Shown here piece by piece: positions 12,957 to 25,170 of a DNA stretch of 64,000 nucleotides. The notes under the pieces were generated by a model. It had not been told where the DNA came from and did not search any database. It was given only the letters and a program-made list of their open reading frames with translations. Numbering within the stretch: the first letter of the stretch is position 1; the number at the start of each line of letters is the position of its first letter. The position numbers and the translations under genes were made by a program. The DNA is from the human T2T-CHM13v2.0 reference genome, Homo sapiens. The stretch is from assembly GCF_009914755.1 (NCBI RefSeq), contig NC_060931.1; one strand, 5' to 3'.

Positions 12957-14096
12957 TGTATTTTTAGTAGAGACAGCGTTTTGCCATGTTGGCCTCGAAC
13001 TCCGGACCTCAAGTGATCTGCCTGCCTTGGCCTCCCAAAGTACTAGGATTACAGGCATGAGCCACCATGCTGGGCCTAGCTTTGGATCTTCAAAATGAAA
13101 CTCTACATGCCTCTGTTATCAAGGTGGAAATTCTATGCCATCCGCCATGGTTTGATCACAAGATCCTACCTAAAGTATAATTTTAAAAGAAAAATATGGC
13201 ATTACACCCACTGCTATTTGGACCAATTACTAAACAGAATATACAAAATTTTGTGTTAAATTTTTCCACTAGAAACTAGACTGGGGAACATTTTTAACCT
13301 AAAGTATATGTTTAATTGCTGGTATAACAAGTGCTATTTTAAGATGTTATAGAAGATTCAGGAAAACCTACTAGAGGGAGATGCTTCTGGGTTATTTTGT
13401 TTTGAGATAAGACTTGGAAAATGTGAAATGCCTTCTTAATCAAGGTTTTCCTTGATGGAAGTCCTCAGCCTGAAACACATGTTGATAGAGTCTATTAGGA
13501 TGAATTTAAGTCAGGAGTTCAACTATAGAAAGTGAGTCAGAAACCTTCAGCTTCAGCAGTGAGTATGTTTTTTGTGTATGTTTGAAGAGAGTAAAAAGGA
13601 AGGCTAAGTTTATTTTTGATTAACTCTGTCACGAAATAGGTTGCAGTTTTCATTTGAGCTTTTTTGAGCAAATATCATCACACAATGTAAAAACTATTTT
13701 TTTATAATCTCTAATATTATACAATGCTATTTCAAAGGAATATGATGAAATATCCATATATAATATGAAGAACAACTTTGTTGTTCATACCTGCATATAA
13801 ATCTTCTCTTTTGACTTCAGTAGGGGAATGGAATGATCGTTTACTTCCAGTGGGGGAATAGCAAGTATTTTAGCAATAGGATTTATCTTTTATATTTAGC
13901 AGTTAGGTATTTGGGGTTTCATGGAAATGTTCCAGAAAATGTCCCTGCAATGTGGGCAGATCAGCTTTAAAATAGGCCATTTGTAACTTTTTTTTAAATG
14001 CATGTAAAAATTTATTGCAGATGTTTTTATATGTTCAAAAACAGTTATCCATCTCATACCCTGTGTTATTTTAAAAAATACCCTGTGATTAAAGAA
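10970..14096 (+). pseudogene. Ancient processed pseudogene, PRRC1-family-like (decayed CDS ~11100-12460), inserted in L1M ORF1
   Basis: Intronless non-repeat block interrupting L1 ORF1, with a TG/CA-rich GC-richer 5' end, an AT-rich 3' part, ATTAAA at 14088 plus an A-run, and a degenerate TSD (tgaagg 10964 / 14102). Translated motifs SSF, LLPT, TSA..FPNE, VAGN, AF, QPV, IDAL, DK, DPV, A.SL, LEK and HTAF..GMS occur in PRRC1 order and approximate spacing (by-eye comparison to the recalled protein). Confidence 0.55.
12769..13076 (-). mobile_element. Alu (AluS) inserted in the retrocopy 3' part; middle linker expanded to T29
   Basis: Antisense dimeric Alu; TSD core agctttgg at 12756-12763 / 13078-13085. 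Confidence 0.93.
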
Positions 14097-15510
14097 AAAA
14101 ATGAAGGCAAAGTAAAAATGTTTTCAGGCAAAAAGAAAACAAAAAACAATGAAAGAAAGAAAAAAAAATACAGGCTAGGTGCCGTGGCTAATTTCGATAA
14201 TCCCAGTAATTTAGGAGGCCAAAGCAGGAGGATTGCTAGAAGTCCAGAGTTCAAGACCAGCCTGGGCAACATAGTGAGACCACATCTCTACAAAAAATAA
14301 AAATAATAAAACAAGGAAACTTATTTTAAGCTCTTCAGGTAGAGGAAAAATCACCTGTGATGGAAGCATACAAATTCAGGTACGAATGACAAACATAAAA
14401 AAAGGGAAAATAGGCAAATCTGAATATTAATTATGTAAAACAATAATAATCTGAATGTCAATATATCTGACAAAAAACAAAAAAGACAAGAGAGAAGTAA
14501 AAGGAAAACTAAGTGATCTAAAGCCCTTGCATTGTCTTGGAAATGATGAAAATACCAATAGACATCACACTGTAGTAAGTCAGGGATATATATTGCTATC
14601 TCCAAGGTAACAATCAAAACAAAAATTTAAAGAATGTATTAAGAATAGCTATCACAGGGGAAAGACACAGGATAATTAAAAGAAAACCAATTCTTAACCC
14701 AAGATGAAGAATGAAAGAAGGAAAACAAATACAAGAAAAAAGTGATGCCAGGAGACAAAAAAGTGAAATAGTAGTTATAAGGGTAACTTGAAATTGAATT
14801 GTAAGTAAATAGTAAGTAGTCCAATGAAAAGGCAAAATTGTCAGATTCCACTAATCAATCAGCAATAGATCAACCAATTAACTTAAAGAATGTGGAAAGA
14901 AAGAAATAACAAACTATAAAAAGTATTTATTTAAATAACAAATAAATATGTAATAGCAAAAGCAACTAGCCAGATTTACCTTTCCAAAAGATGAAAAAAT
15001 TGGTCATTTCTAGGGAGGCTAAATTTAAAAAAGAGAGAAGGCACAAGTTAGTATCAGGAATAGGAATGTGGATATCTCTAAGCTCCTTTTGATATTTAGA
15101 ATATAATAAAGATTTCATAAACAATATCATGCTAACAAATTTTAAAAATATAAATTCAATGAATAAATTACTGAGACAAAAAAAAGCAAAATTTACCCAA
15201 ATTATACAAGAAATATGAATTCCAAATTGTATACCTTAAATAAAAACTTTTTCACAAAGAAAATTCCAGACCTAGATGCCTTCTTTGAACTTTTGCAAAT
15301 ATTAAAAAATAAATAACATAAATATCGCATAAACTTTTTCAAGAAATGTAAAAAAAATGGAAAAACTTTCCAACATGCTTTATAAAATCAGCATAAGAGT
15401 GATACAGAAGACTGACAAAAACATCACAGGAAAGGAGAATTATAGGTTAAACTTTCTCATAAGCATTGTCACAGAAGTTCAAAACAAATATTCACTAACT
15501 GAATCCAGTA
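14097..15510 (+). mobile_element. Ancient L1M, right part (ORF1 end to ORF2 remnants)
   Basis: Resumes with aaaaatgaaggcaaagtaaaaatgttttcag (ORF1 end). Later comes the ORF2 motif aagactgacaaaaacatcacaggaaaggagaattatagg...aactgaatccag. Confidence 0.75.
14173..14310 (+). mobile_element. FLAM/Alu left monomer
   Basis: Single monomer ending atctctacaaaaaataaaaataataaa. Confidence 0.85.
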
Positions 15511-16659
15511 TATCTACTCATATAACTGAGTATATGTTATATACTCAGCTACATATGTATATAGCCATACAGATATATACATTGCTGAGAAAAATTAATT
15601 ACCCAGAATGTATACTAGTAATAGATATGCTTAATAATCAGTAGAACATCCATATTTGTTTCCTGGCCAATGAAGTAAGGACTATTATGAGAGGGAACAA
15701 AATGTGGCATCCCCTGGAACCATTCTACCCCCACTGCAGCCAACATTGTGTCTAAAATAAAAAGCAATGCCAAATCTCTGGATTGTGCAGGCCAGGATTT
15801 TAGAATGTACCCAATTCCCACATGAGCTATAGGGCATTGTGTGGAGGGAGTTCTAGTTTCAATTACTAGTGCCAGATTTGGCAGGGAGTGCAAGACTAGC
15901 TGCTCTAAATTCCATTCTGTGTTTTAATCTAAAAAGAAGTTCAGGAAATAAACCCCAAGATTCATGTGAATTGTCCATAGGATTTTAAAACTCACCCTCT
16001 ACTCTGTGGTCTCAAGTTGGCCCTAACTTGGTTAATTACATAAATACTGATAATATTCTGCTTCACCTAAATGTCAGCTTCACCCAGAGAAACATAGTAG
16101 TTTTTATTAATGAGCAACTGAAAGGAATATAGGCCTAATGTATAGGACTTTCACTTACTCATTAATAAAAACTATGTATATTTACAAAAGAAATATACAT
16201 CTTCTTGGATTAAAATAAGACTGAGAGAAATTATCCAAACCCATGTATAAGAAGGTAAATAAACAGGGCTTTGATACAAATCTGTATCTGCACCTAACAA
16301 TCAGGTTTCTTCAAATAGAAAATATGGTGGCTTATAAAACTTGCTTTGATATGAAAGGAGTAGCTAATAAAAGGAAAAGAAAAATAATTAAAAGAAGACA
16401 GGCTAATTCAACTGGAAGAAAAGAGAAATGCAATTTGAAAAAAAGATTGACATCCAAAGTTTACACTAGAAATATAAACTAGAAAATGATATGCTGAAGA
16501 GAATAGTCGATGTTTCTAGAGCTAATTACTCTCTTAAAGAGATAAAGGAGAAACATGTATTAGCTGTTACCAGATTTTATTTTTCTGAAAGAATAGATTG
16601 GATTATTTTCCCCCAAAACTAAGACACAGGAAATGATGGGGAAGTGTCTCTTAAGTCTT

Positions 16660-16804
16660 CATAGTCAATTTGTACCTTGAAACCCTAACACCCCCCACAA
16701 CCCCCCACCCCGTGAGATGGTATTAAGAGGTAAGGCTCTGGGAGGTGATTAAGTCATGAGGGTAGAGTTCCCATGATGGATTCATGCCCTTATTGAAAGA
16801 GGAA
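16660..16804 (+). mobile_element. MaLR LTR 5' fragment (MLT1A/MST-like)
   Basis: gatggtattaagaggtaaggctctgggaggtgattaagtcatgagggtagag...tgcccttat; truncated by the L1 that follows. Confidence 0.75.
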
Positions 16805-19800
16805 GAGGATCTGGTTCAAGATGGCTGACTAGAAACAGCTAGTGCAAGCCACGTTAGATTAGCATGGAAGTGAGGAGGCTTGGCAGCTTTGTGTGCTCTC
16901 AATAGCAAAATCCAGCATCACTTGTGTGGGAGGGAAATGCCAGTGGGCCACCTTCCCCACAGCCACCAGTCTCCATTGCCCCAGCTGAGGGGTGCTGCCC
17001 TCTCCACAGAAGAGCTACCCTCCCCCTACATGAATATTCCAGCTGCAGCCCATAACACTTCTGAAACTCCAGTCCCCAGAGGCCTGTGACATTCCCTCAG
17101 GCTCTCACCACCTAAGTGTTCTGCCTGCTCCTGCCTGAGAGTTCGGATGGTGATCCAGGGACCAACCCATTTCACTCATCACAGCCAGCACCTGAACACT
17201 GGGCTAGCCCAACCCTGTTCCAGCGCCTTCATGACTCATACACACTATCCAGTGGGCCATCTAGGGGCCAAAGAACTGAGGAACTACCTACCCCATTCCA
17301 ACTCAGCTATTAGCTGACCACTTCCTTAAGGGCAGAGCCTGAGGTGGGGCTGACCCAACCAGCTGACAACATCACAACCAACACCCACCCACACAGACCT
17401 AACAGTGGAGCTCCCACTTTTAAACAAAGTGGCAATGCTATAATGTTGGAGAACAGGTGAGAAGCAAAGCCAAAAGACCCTTCTGAACATACTCTACAGT
17501 CACACTCCCTAGGTGAGCAATAAATCTATCTGTATTGGGCTCAGTGACAAGGTTCTGACCTGAAAGCAATATCACAGAGAGTCACAAAACCAGGTATTTC
17601 CCATGGCTCTCAAGCACATCATGGTCTGGAGATAGCCTACAGTGTATGCCTGAACTAGAAGTCACCATCCCTGGAACAGGGGTGAGATAGGGAAACAGAT
17701 CACATTCCTGCTTCTCTAGGATGGGGAGCCAGTGCAAATCCCTCACCCTCCCACAGACACCTCGATGTCTTTCGACAGGAGCTGCCTGCAGCCACCCTCA
17801 TCAGGGTTGGTGCTTGTGCTCACCATTGGGGTATTCGAGGGCAGTTCAGGGACTCTAGCTCTACCCAGCTGTGTCTTCCCACCCACACAGAATAGGAAGC
17901 TCAGGGCACTGGGTACTCCACTGTCTAACCCATCACCTGAAACAACAGAGAGCACCTCACAGTAAACAAAAATCCACAGCTGGCTCTTGCCCAAAAGTGC
18001 CTTCTACTGGCCTGTAGGTTAAACCACACAGCCCAATATAAAACCTGCCAACAGAAGGGGCGACATACTCTATAGTCACACTCTCTAGGGAGGAAAAGAT
18101 GGGAAAGAGAAATAAATATATAAGGAAGGAAAAAAAATCCTATCTCTACTAAAATAATTACAAAAATTAGAAGTGCCAGCCACTCCAGAGAAGAAGGAAT
18201 CAGCAAAAACACTCTGGCACTGTGAAAAATCTGCATGTTGTGAAACTACCAAAGAATCACACCAGCATTCCAGCAGTGGACCTTAACCACAATGAAAACT
18301 CAGAAGTGACAGGTAAAGAATTCAAAGCATGGATTGCAAGGAAGCTCAATGAAAGCCAAGACAAGGTTTTAAATCAACACAAAGAAACTAATAAAGCAAT
18401 TCAGGAAATGAAGGAAGAGATAGATATCTTTTAAAAAATCAGTCAGAATATCTGAAATTGAAAAACTCACTTAAGGAATTTTAAAATAAAATTGAAAGCT
18501 TTATCAAAAGACTAGACGTTTCAGAAGAAAGAATTTCAGAGCTTGAAGTCTTCCAAACTTACCCAATTAGAGAAAAACAAATCCAAATTTTGAAAAACAA
18601 ACAAATTATTTGAGAAATATGGAATTATATGAAGCAACCAAAACTATGAATTATTGGCATTCCTGAGAAGGAGAAGAAGTTTAAAACCTGGAAAACATAT
18701 TTCAGGGAATAATTCAAGAAAATTTTTCTAATCTTGCTAGAGAGGTAGACATCCCGAGGACATTTGTGAGACATTATATAAGATGAATATCACCAACATG
18801 TGTAGTCACCAGACTATCCAAAGTCGATGTGAAAGAAAAAAACCTTAAAGGCAGCAAGAGAAAAGGGAACCCCATCAGGCTAACAGCAGGTTTCTTAGCA
18901 GAAACCATAAAAGCCAGAAGAGATTAGGGAGCCTATTTTCAGCATTCTTAAAGAAAAGAAATTACAACCAAGAATTTCATATCCTGCCAAACTAAGCTAA
19001 AGGAGAAATAAAATCTTTTCCAGATAAGAAATTGCTAAGGGAACTTGTTACCACTAGACCAGTTTTATAAGAGACCCTTAAGGGAGTTATTAACATGAAA
19101 ACAAAAGAACAATAGTTGCTACCACAAAAACACCCTTAAATACATAGACACAGACCCTATAAAGCAACTATACAATTGGTACTACTAAGCAACTAACAAC
19201 ATCACAACAGGATCAAAACCCCACATGCCAATATTAAGTTTGAATGTAAATGATCTAAATGACTCACTTAAAAGGCACAAAGTGGCCAAGTTGGATTAAA
19301 AAGACCCAGCCAAAGTAAAGGATTGGAGAAAGATCTATCACACAAACAGAAAACAAAAAAAGAGCAGGAGTCGCTATTCTTATATCAAATAAAACAGACT
19401 TTAAACCAACAACAGTTAAAAAAGGACAAAGAAGGGCATTACATAATGATAAATGGTTCAATTCAACAAGAAGACTTAACTATGTATGCAACCAATATCG
19501 GAGTACTCACATTCAAAAACAAGTAATTCTAGATCTAGGAAAAGCCACAGCGTAATAGTGGGGGACTGTAATAGCCCACTGACAGTGTTAGGCAGATCAT
19601 TGAAAAGGAAAACTGACAAAGAAATTTTGAACTTAAATTTGACACTTGACCAATTGGACCTAATAGAATACTCCACCCAACAACCATAGAATATACATTT
19701 TTCTCATCTGTACATGAAATTTACTGTAAATACCCCATGTTGTCACTTGTAAGTGGAAACCGAACATTGGATACATATAGACATGAAGATGGGAACAGTG

Positions 19801-19950
19801 GGGGGCACTGCTGAAAAATTACCTATTGGGTACTATGCTTACTACCTGACTGACAGATTCAATCATACCCAAAATGACAACATTGCACGATATACCCTTC
19901 TAACAAACCTGTACATGTATGCCCTCAATCTAAAATAAAAGTTGAAAAGA
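16805..19950 (+). mobile_element. L1 (L1PA15/16-L1PB era) with 5'UTR, ORF1 and EN domain fused directly to the 3'UTR
   Basis: Begins caagatggctgactag. ORF1 peptide EFKAWIARKLNE...QEMKEEI (18222..18434); EN peptides KKDKEGHYIMINGSIQQEDLT and VIVGDCNSPL; jumps to 3'UTR at ~19730; ends ctaaaataaaagttgaaaa. Confidence 0.9.
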
Positions 19951-20522
19951 AATCTGCATAGTTAGAGCAATTAGGAAACTATCTCTTTATAGACATATCT
20001 AGGCCACTTGATTAGATAAAATAATTCACTGACTTGAAATGGGAAGACCAAAAATATTTAAGTAAAAAATTCAAAATATTACAAGATGATTTTCAAGTTG
20101 ATATGATAAATATACACGTAGCTACAGACATTGCCTGTGCCTAAAATATGTGTGAAATTAGTTTCCAAGGAAAGGTCTAGAAAAGAGAAACATGTTGAAG
20201 TACAGAGGTTAGAGAGGGAAAGACAGGGATAGTTTGACTCCAGGCCTTGGTGACGTTCTTATGCGGGATACATCCTGAATGTGATTCTTCCAAATTAGAA
20301 ACTTGAAGATGGAGAAGATTACCTGAACAGGGGTTCATTTGGGAAGTCCCTGAACTAATTTTCACTCTTTACGCTATGGAACACAACACGAGACAGCATT
20401 AAGAAGATTATGAAGGTGGGTGCGGGCCAGCTATTAGGAGAGAAAAGGAAAATTAATGAAAGAAAACATTCTGTCCCAGAAATCAATTTGAGCCCAAATG
20501 TACTAAAGATGTAAAGGAAACA

Positions 20523-20655
20523 GGCCAGGCACAGTGGCTCATGCATGTAATCCTGGCACTTTGGGAGGCTGAGGCAAAAGAATCACTTGAGCCCAGGAGT
20601 TTGTGACTATCCTGGGCAACATAGTGAGACCCTGTATTTAAAAAAAAAAAAAAAA
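20523..20655 (+). mobile_element. FLAM_C/Alu monomer
   Basis: ggccaggcacagtggctc...gagaccctg plus A-tail; degenerate TSD (tgtaaag). Confidence 0.88.
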
Positions 20656-20840
20656 GTGTAAAGAAAGCAATGGACACATTGATTCAGCTGGGCCTCCCTA
20701 AAAGAGTTAAAGAATATAGAGGAATGAAATATTAGAGGTATGAGAGGCATGACCCACTACTGCGAAAAAATGATGGAGCAGACAGAATGTTGCTCAAGGC
20801 TATGAAGCCACATAAGCCTTTCAAAAGCTGAAGAAATACA

Positions 20841-21046
20841 CAGACACTGTGGAATGACTAAATCTAGCTAATTAACATGTATTAACTCACAAAGTTATCA
20901 TTTTTGTAGTGGGAAAACTTAACATCCACTGTCTTAGAATTTTTTGTACATGATAAATACAATTGTATCTGTCAATTAAAATAAATAAAATTAAGAAATG
21001 CAAAAATAAATAAATAAATAAAATGTCAGTGTAGAAGAAAAAAATC
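20841..21046. mobile_element. Short L1MA insertion with 5' inversion
   Basis: Antisense L1MA 3'UTR piece (~20841-20944) abuts a sense terminal piece (from ~20945); 13-bp TSD ctgaagaaataca at 20828 / 21047. Confidence 0.7.
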
Positions 21047-22257
21047 CTGAAGAAATACAGTGCCTCGGGAAGGACACATTCTGATCTGACATACTGACTT
21101 GACATCTTCAGACATTCAGAGCTTACTCCTCGTTCTGACTTGAGCCATGGGGCCCAAGTTCCAAGCATCAGTGGCAGCCTCTGTTCAGAAATCTCCTGAG
21201 GACAAATACATATCTGAAACAAATGTGGAAATGAAAGAAAAACCTTGCCTAAGAGGCAGATATATCAGCTGAAAGACTGTGGAAGACATGTCGTCCCTAG
21301 AGGCTGTACTCAGCACATTAAGGGGCATATTAAGTAGGAGAGTTCACATGTGCTGGATGGGTACACCTTGTGTAGGCTGGGCCAAAATGCCATTCTCTGA
21401 GAAAAGAGAAAGGATGAATCAATGATGTTTCCTGCAACAGAAAAATGCACAATGTCAAATTTATCATTTGAAAGGAGGGTATTCTAATTACATCTTAAGT
21501 CTCAAGTGATGAACTCTGGACAACTAACTAGTGCAGACAAAATGGTAGCTATTGAGGCAAAAAAAAAAAAAAACTTTCCCTTCTGCTCTTATTGAGATAC
21601 TACTGATTCTCTATTTTATGTTTTGGAATCACTCTGGAGTCCCAGATTTGCCAGGAGTAAATGCTTTAGGGGCTTTTTATTTAAAAGGGTGGACTTTTAA
21701 ATTTTATTTATTTATTAATTTGATGGATGAGGAGCTGGTGCTACGATCATCTTATCTATCCCACTAACTTTTGAGCTCCTTTAAAAGGCAACACATGAGA
21801 CTAATTAGGACTCTGAAGTACTGGAAAAATTACAGTGATTTTCATGGAGAAAAGCCCAAAATACAGATGCTTAAAGGTGCTCACATCTAACCAGCCATTG
21901 AGAATGTCTTTGGCTGAGGCTGAGTAGAATAAAAAATTAGGGAGATAAGTTTTAGATTTTAATTTATTTGAAGTTTACATGGTAAAAAGAATTTCATTTT
22001 GTTCTTTAGTCATTTCTACCCTTTGAACTAGCAACTGGAAACTTGGCCAAAATCAGCCACATAGAGCTCCAGAAAAATTGGCCAAAAATAATTATTACTC
22101 TTACATGTTTGTGATAGAGAAAGTTTGGTAAAACATTCATAACCAAAAATAGGACATTAGTTGGAAGAATAATATCCAAGAATTGGTGAATGCATACATA
22201 TGTATTTGTAGGTTTACATAACTGTACACATAATGTTCTTATAAAGAAGATAGATAG

Positions 22258-23008
22258 AGTTGGGGCATAGAGAATGATACCCCAAATTATGGTACTCCGG
22301 CATGCTAGGCACCTTGAGTTTTAAAAAACTGGAATGACTTAAAAGATGCTTCAGAACCCATAACTTTCTAAACTTCTTTTGTTCCTCCCCCCTATTCTCC
22401 CCACCATTAGCAACGGGAGGAAGTCTCTTAATTTCCTTATTCAACTAAAGAAACTTCTCTCCAAAAGAAATGAAACTGTCTTTAATACAACCCCTTCCCC
22501 CAGGGATCTCATTAAATAACCAGGAAAGATTAACCACTGGAGAAAAGACTAAGAGAAAAGATTAAAAGTCGCCCTGCTCAGACAGACTTTTCATCTGTTC
22601 TCCTGAGGGCAGCACTGAGAGATTATCTAGGGGGCTGTCTGCGTAATAAGAACCTTTGTTCATGGTGAAGTTCCACCCTTCAACTTCTCTAAATTTGCCT
22701 CCACCTCCCCCAGAGCTCAGAGAAACTCTTTTCCAAGTCCACTGTCTGTTCCTTGGGCTCTTGCATTTTCCCTGAAAGTTGTTTGTTGCTACGCATAATT
22801 ACCTACATCCCCCATTTCCCCACTTCCCTATAAGAGAGTATCTAACCTTCAAACATCTGGCCCTTCTTTGAGTCTCGTATTTGTAGGACTCCCACATCCA
22901 CGTGCATGTAAATAAATATGTATGGATTTTTCTCCTATTACTCTATTGCAAGTTCAGTCTAGTGAATGTTCAGAGAGGACAGAGGGGAGCTTTCCCTCTG
23001 CCCCTACG
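22258..23008 (+). mobile_element. ERV1 solo LTR (MER39-like)
   Basis: Starts (t)gttggggc...ataccccaaattatgg, internal aataaa, ends tttccctctgcccctac(g); 4-bp TSD atag/atac. Confidence 0.8.
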
Positions 23009-23429
23009 ATACACAGATACATGCACGCATACATACACACATACATAGAATCGATGACTCTTAGTGATTACATCATAATTTATCAATAAAGGTTGCCTCA
23101 AGATGAGAAATACTAGTGATATGTATTGTGATTTTTTTTGCTTTCTGATGATTTGAGTTATATGAAAATATGATCAAGAATTGGGCAGAAATAGGTACTG
23201 TTTGGGGAGGACTGGATATTTTTCCTGCTCTGAAATAAAAGAGCTCCAAAATTAATTCCTTTGTTTTCTTACCTGCCTCCTTTTGATATATTTGAATAAA
23301 CTATATATGTATTATCTTCTAAAAGATTACCTACCGTACATATTGATTTTTCAGTGTTTCCCTAACACAAATTTGGAAAAAGAAAAACAGCTGATTGAAA
23401 ATGAACGTAATAAAACAATACTGACAATA

Positions 23430-24100
23430 ATGGGTAAGATTTAATAACATTAACTTACTAAATGCCAGATGCTGTTCTACAGGCTTTACAAATCCTAACT
23501 ATTTAATCCTCATCATACCAATATGAAGTTTTACTCTATTATATGAGATTAAGTGCCTTGCCCAAGGCCATGCAGCTGTTTCTGAGAAAATGATTATTAG
23601 GGTCGGGACATCATTGTTGCTTTGCACAGAACTTGATCAAAGACATTTCAATTTTCAGAACCTGGCTGGGCATTTCTGAAATGTTTTTCTATGTTTCTTC
23701 ACTTTTTAATATATTGTCACCAAAAGAAAAAAAAAAAGGAAAATCATCTAGGGTGATTTCAATTTGCACTTGATCTAACAAATTACTAGTTCTGGGATCT
23801 TAGCAAGCTTATGAATTTGATATTCATTCCTTCAATAAAAACTTAAGTGCAGGAAGGTATTCCCGGCACTGAGGGTATGGTTGTGAAAAGACAGAGCAAG
23901 ATATCTTTTCTGGGGATTGCATTCTAGTGAGGGAGATCTATAATAATCAAACAAACATATAAAACAAAGTAATATCATTTTAGGTGCTTAATATTCCTTA
24001 GCCTCAATTTTCTTTTCTATGAATTAAGAAATATACTACCGGCTTCAGGGCTGTTGCTGAGATCTAATAAACTAATACGTGGAAAGCATTTAATACAGTA
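23430..24100. mobile_element. MIR(-), L2(-) and MIR(+) fragments
   Basis: MIR cores at ~23440-23580 and ~23980-24100; L2 tail attcattccttcaataaa at ~23822. Confidence 0.55.
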
Positions 24101-24914
24101 AAAATTGCAGCTCTACTCTGGCTACTATAGAAATATTTAACTTTTGTTTGAATCTTTCTTTGTACATCTTTTTTTCTTCTAAAATAACACATGCATACTT
24201 TTTCATTTAAATAATATAAGCGACTTTCTTAGGTATTACACAATAGGACCTCAGTTTATCCTCGAACATCTAGGCCTCCCTGCATTCCCAGTGTTAGCAA
24301 TAATCTATTCTCTGTTTAAATTTTTGCTTTTATTAGTAGCTTTAAGGAATTTAAGATAAATATTTGCATAAGAAAGAGTTTTTATTGAAATGATCCCAAA
24401 TCAACATATGCTTTGTCATTTGTAATATTCCCATTAGGGAGTAGAATGAATAATAAATGGCCAGCCAGATGTAGGACTTATTTAAGTACTTAACAGCGAG
24501 TTTATATTTGAAGCATTTAGCCATAACCATACTTCAGCTGTGTTTTTGCCTTAAGACACATTTTTTAACTCCATGAATACAGAGAGCTTCAGACATCTCC
24601 TCTGACTTTCTCTCTCTCTGGGCTCAAACAGAATTCAGTAGTAGGAGTGTACATAATTAAAACATGGTAAAAAAAATTCAATTAAATTTTGTTTTAATCT
24701 GCTGTGAAAAATGGCATTGCTCATGGGGAACTACCTGTAGGTCAATGGTCAGTTTACTATAAATATGAAAACATAGTCAATTGTAAGATATGCCTTGAGG
24801 CACTTTATCCTGGTCAGAATTCTACAAAGTACTATAAGCTTATATATTAAACATAGCAGACAATTTACTGTACATTTTTAAAAACAGACATACTAAGGTT
24901 TTCTGTATTAATTT

Positions 24915-25170
24915 AACAGCTCTTTTATGAGACTTAGCCTGTGTCAGCCCATTTTAAGCAATTTACAAATATTAATTCATTTAATACATTGCAAAAATCT
25001 AACGAGGATGGTTCTAATATAGACCGTATTTTACAGATAAGGAAACAGAAGCCAGAAAAAAAAGTAAATTTCTCAAGATTGTAGAGCTAGTAAGTGGCTG
25101 CAAGTTGGATTCAGCGCTAGCACATGGGCTTCTGAGTCCAAGTTCTCAACCATAGCCCTCTGCTGCCTCT
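24915..25170 (-). mobile_element. MIR
   Basis: attaattcatttaat...attttacagataaggaaacagaag...agagctagtaagtggc. Confidence 0.8.
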
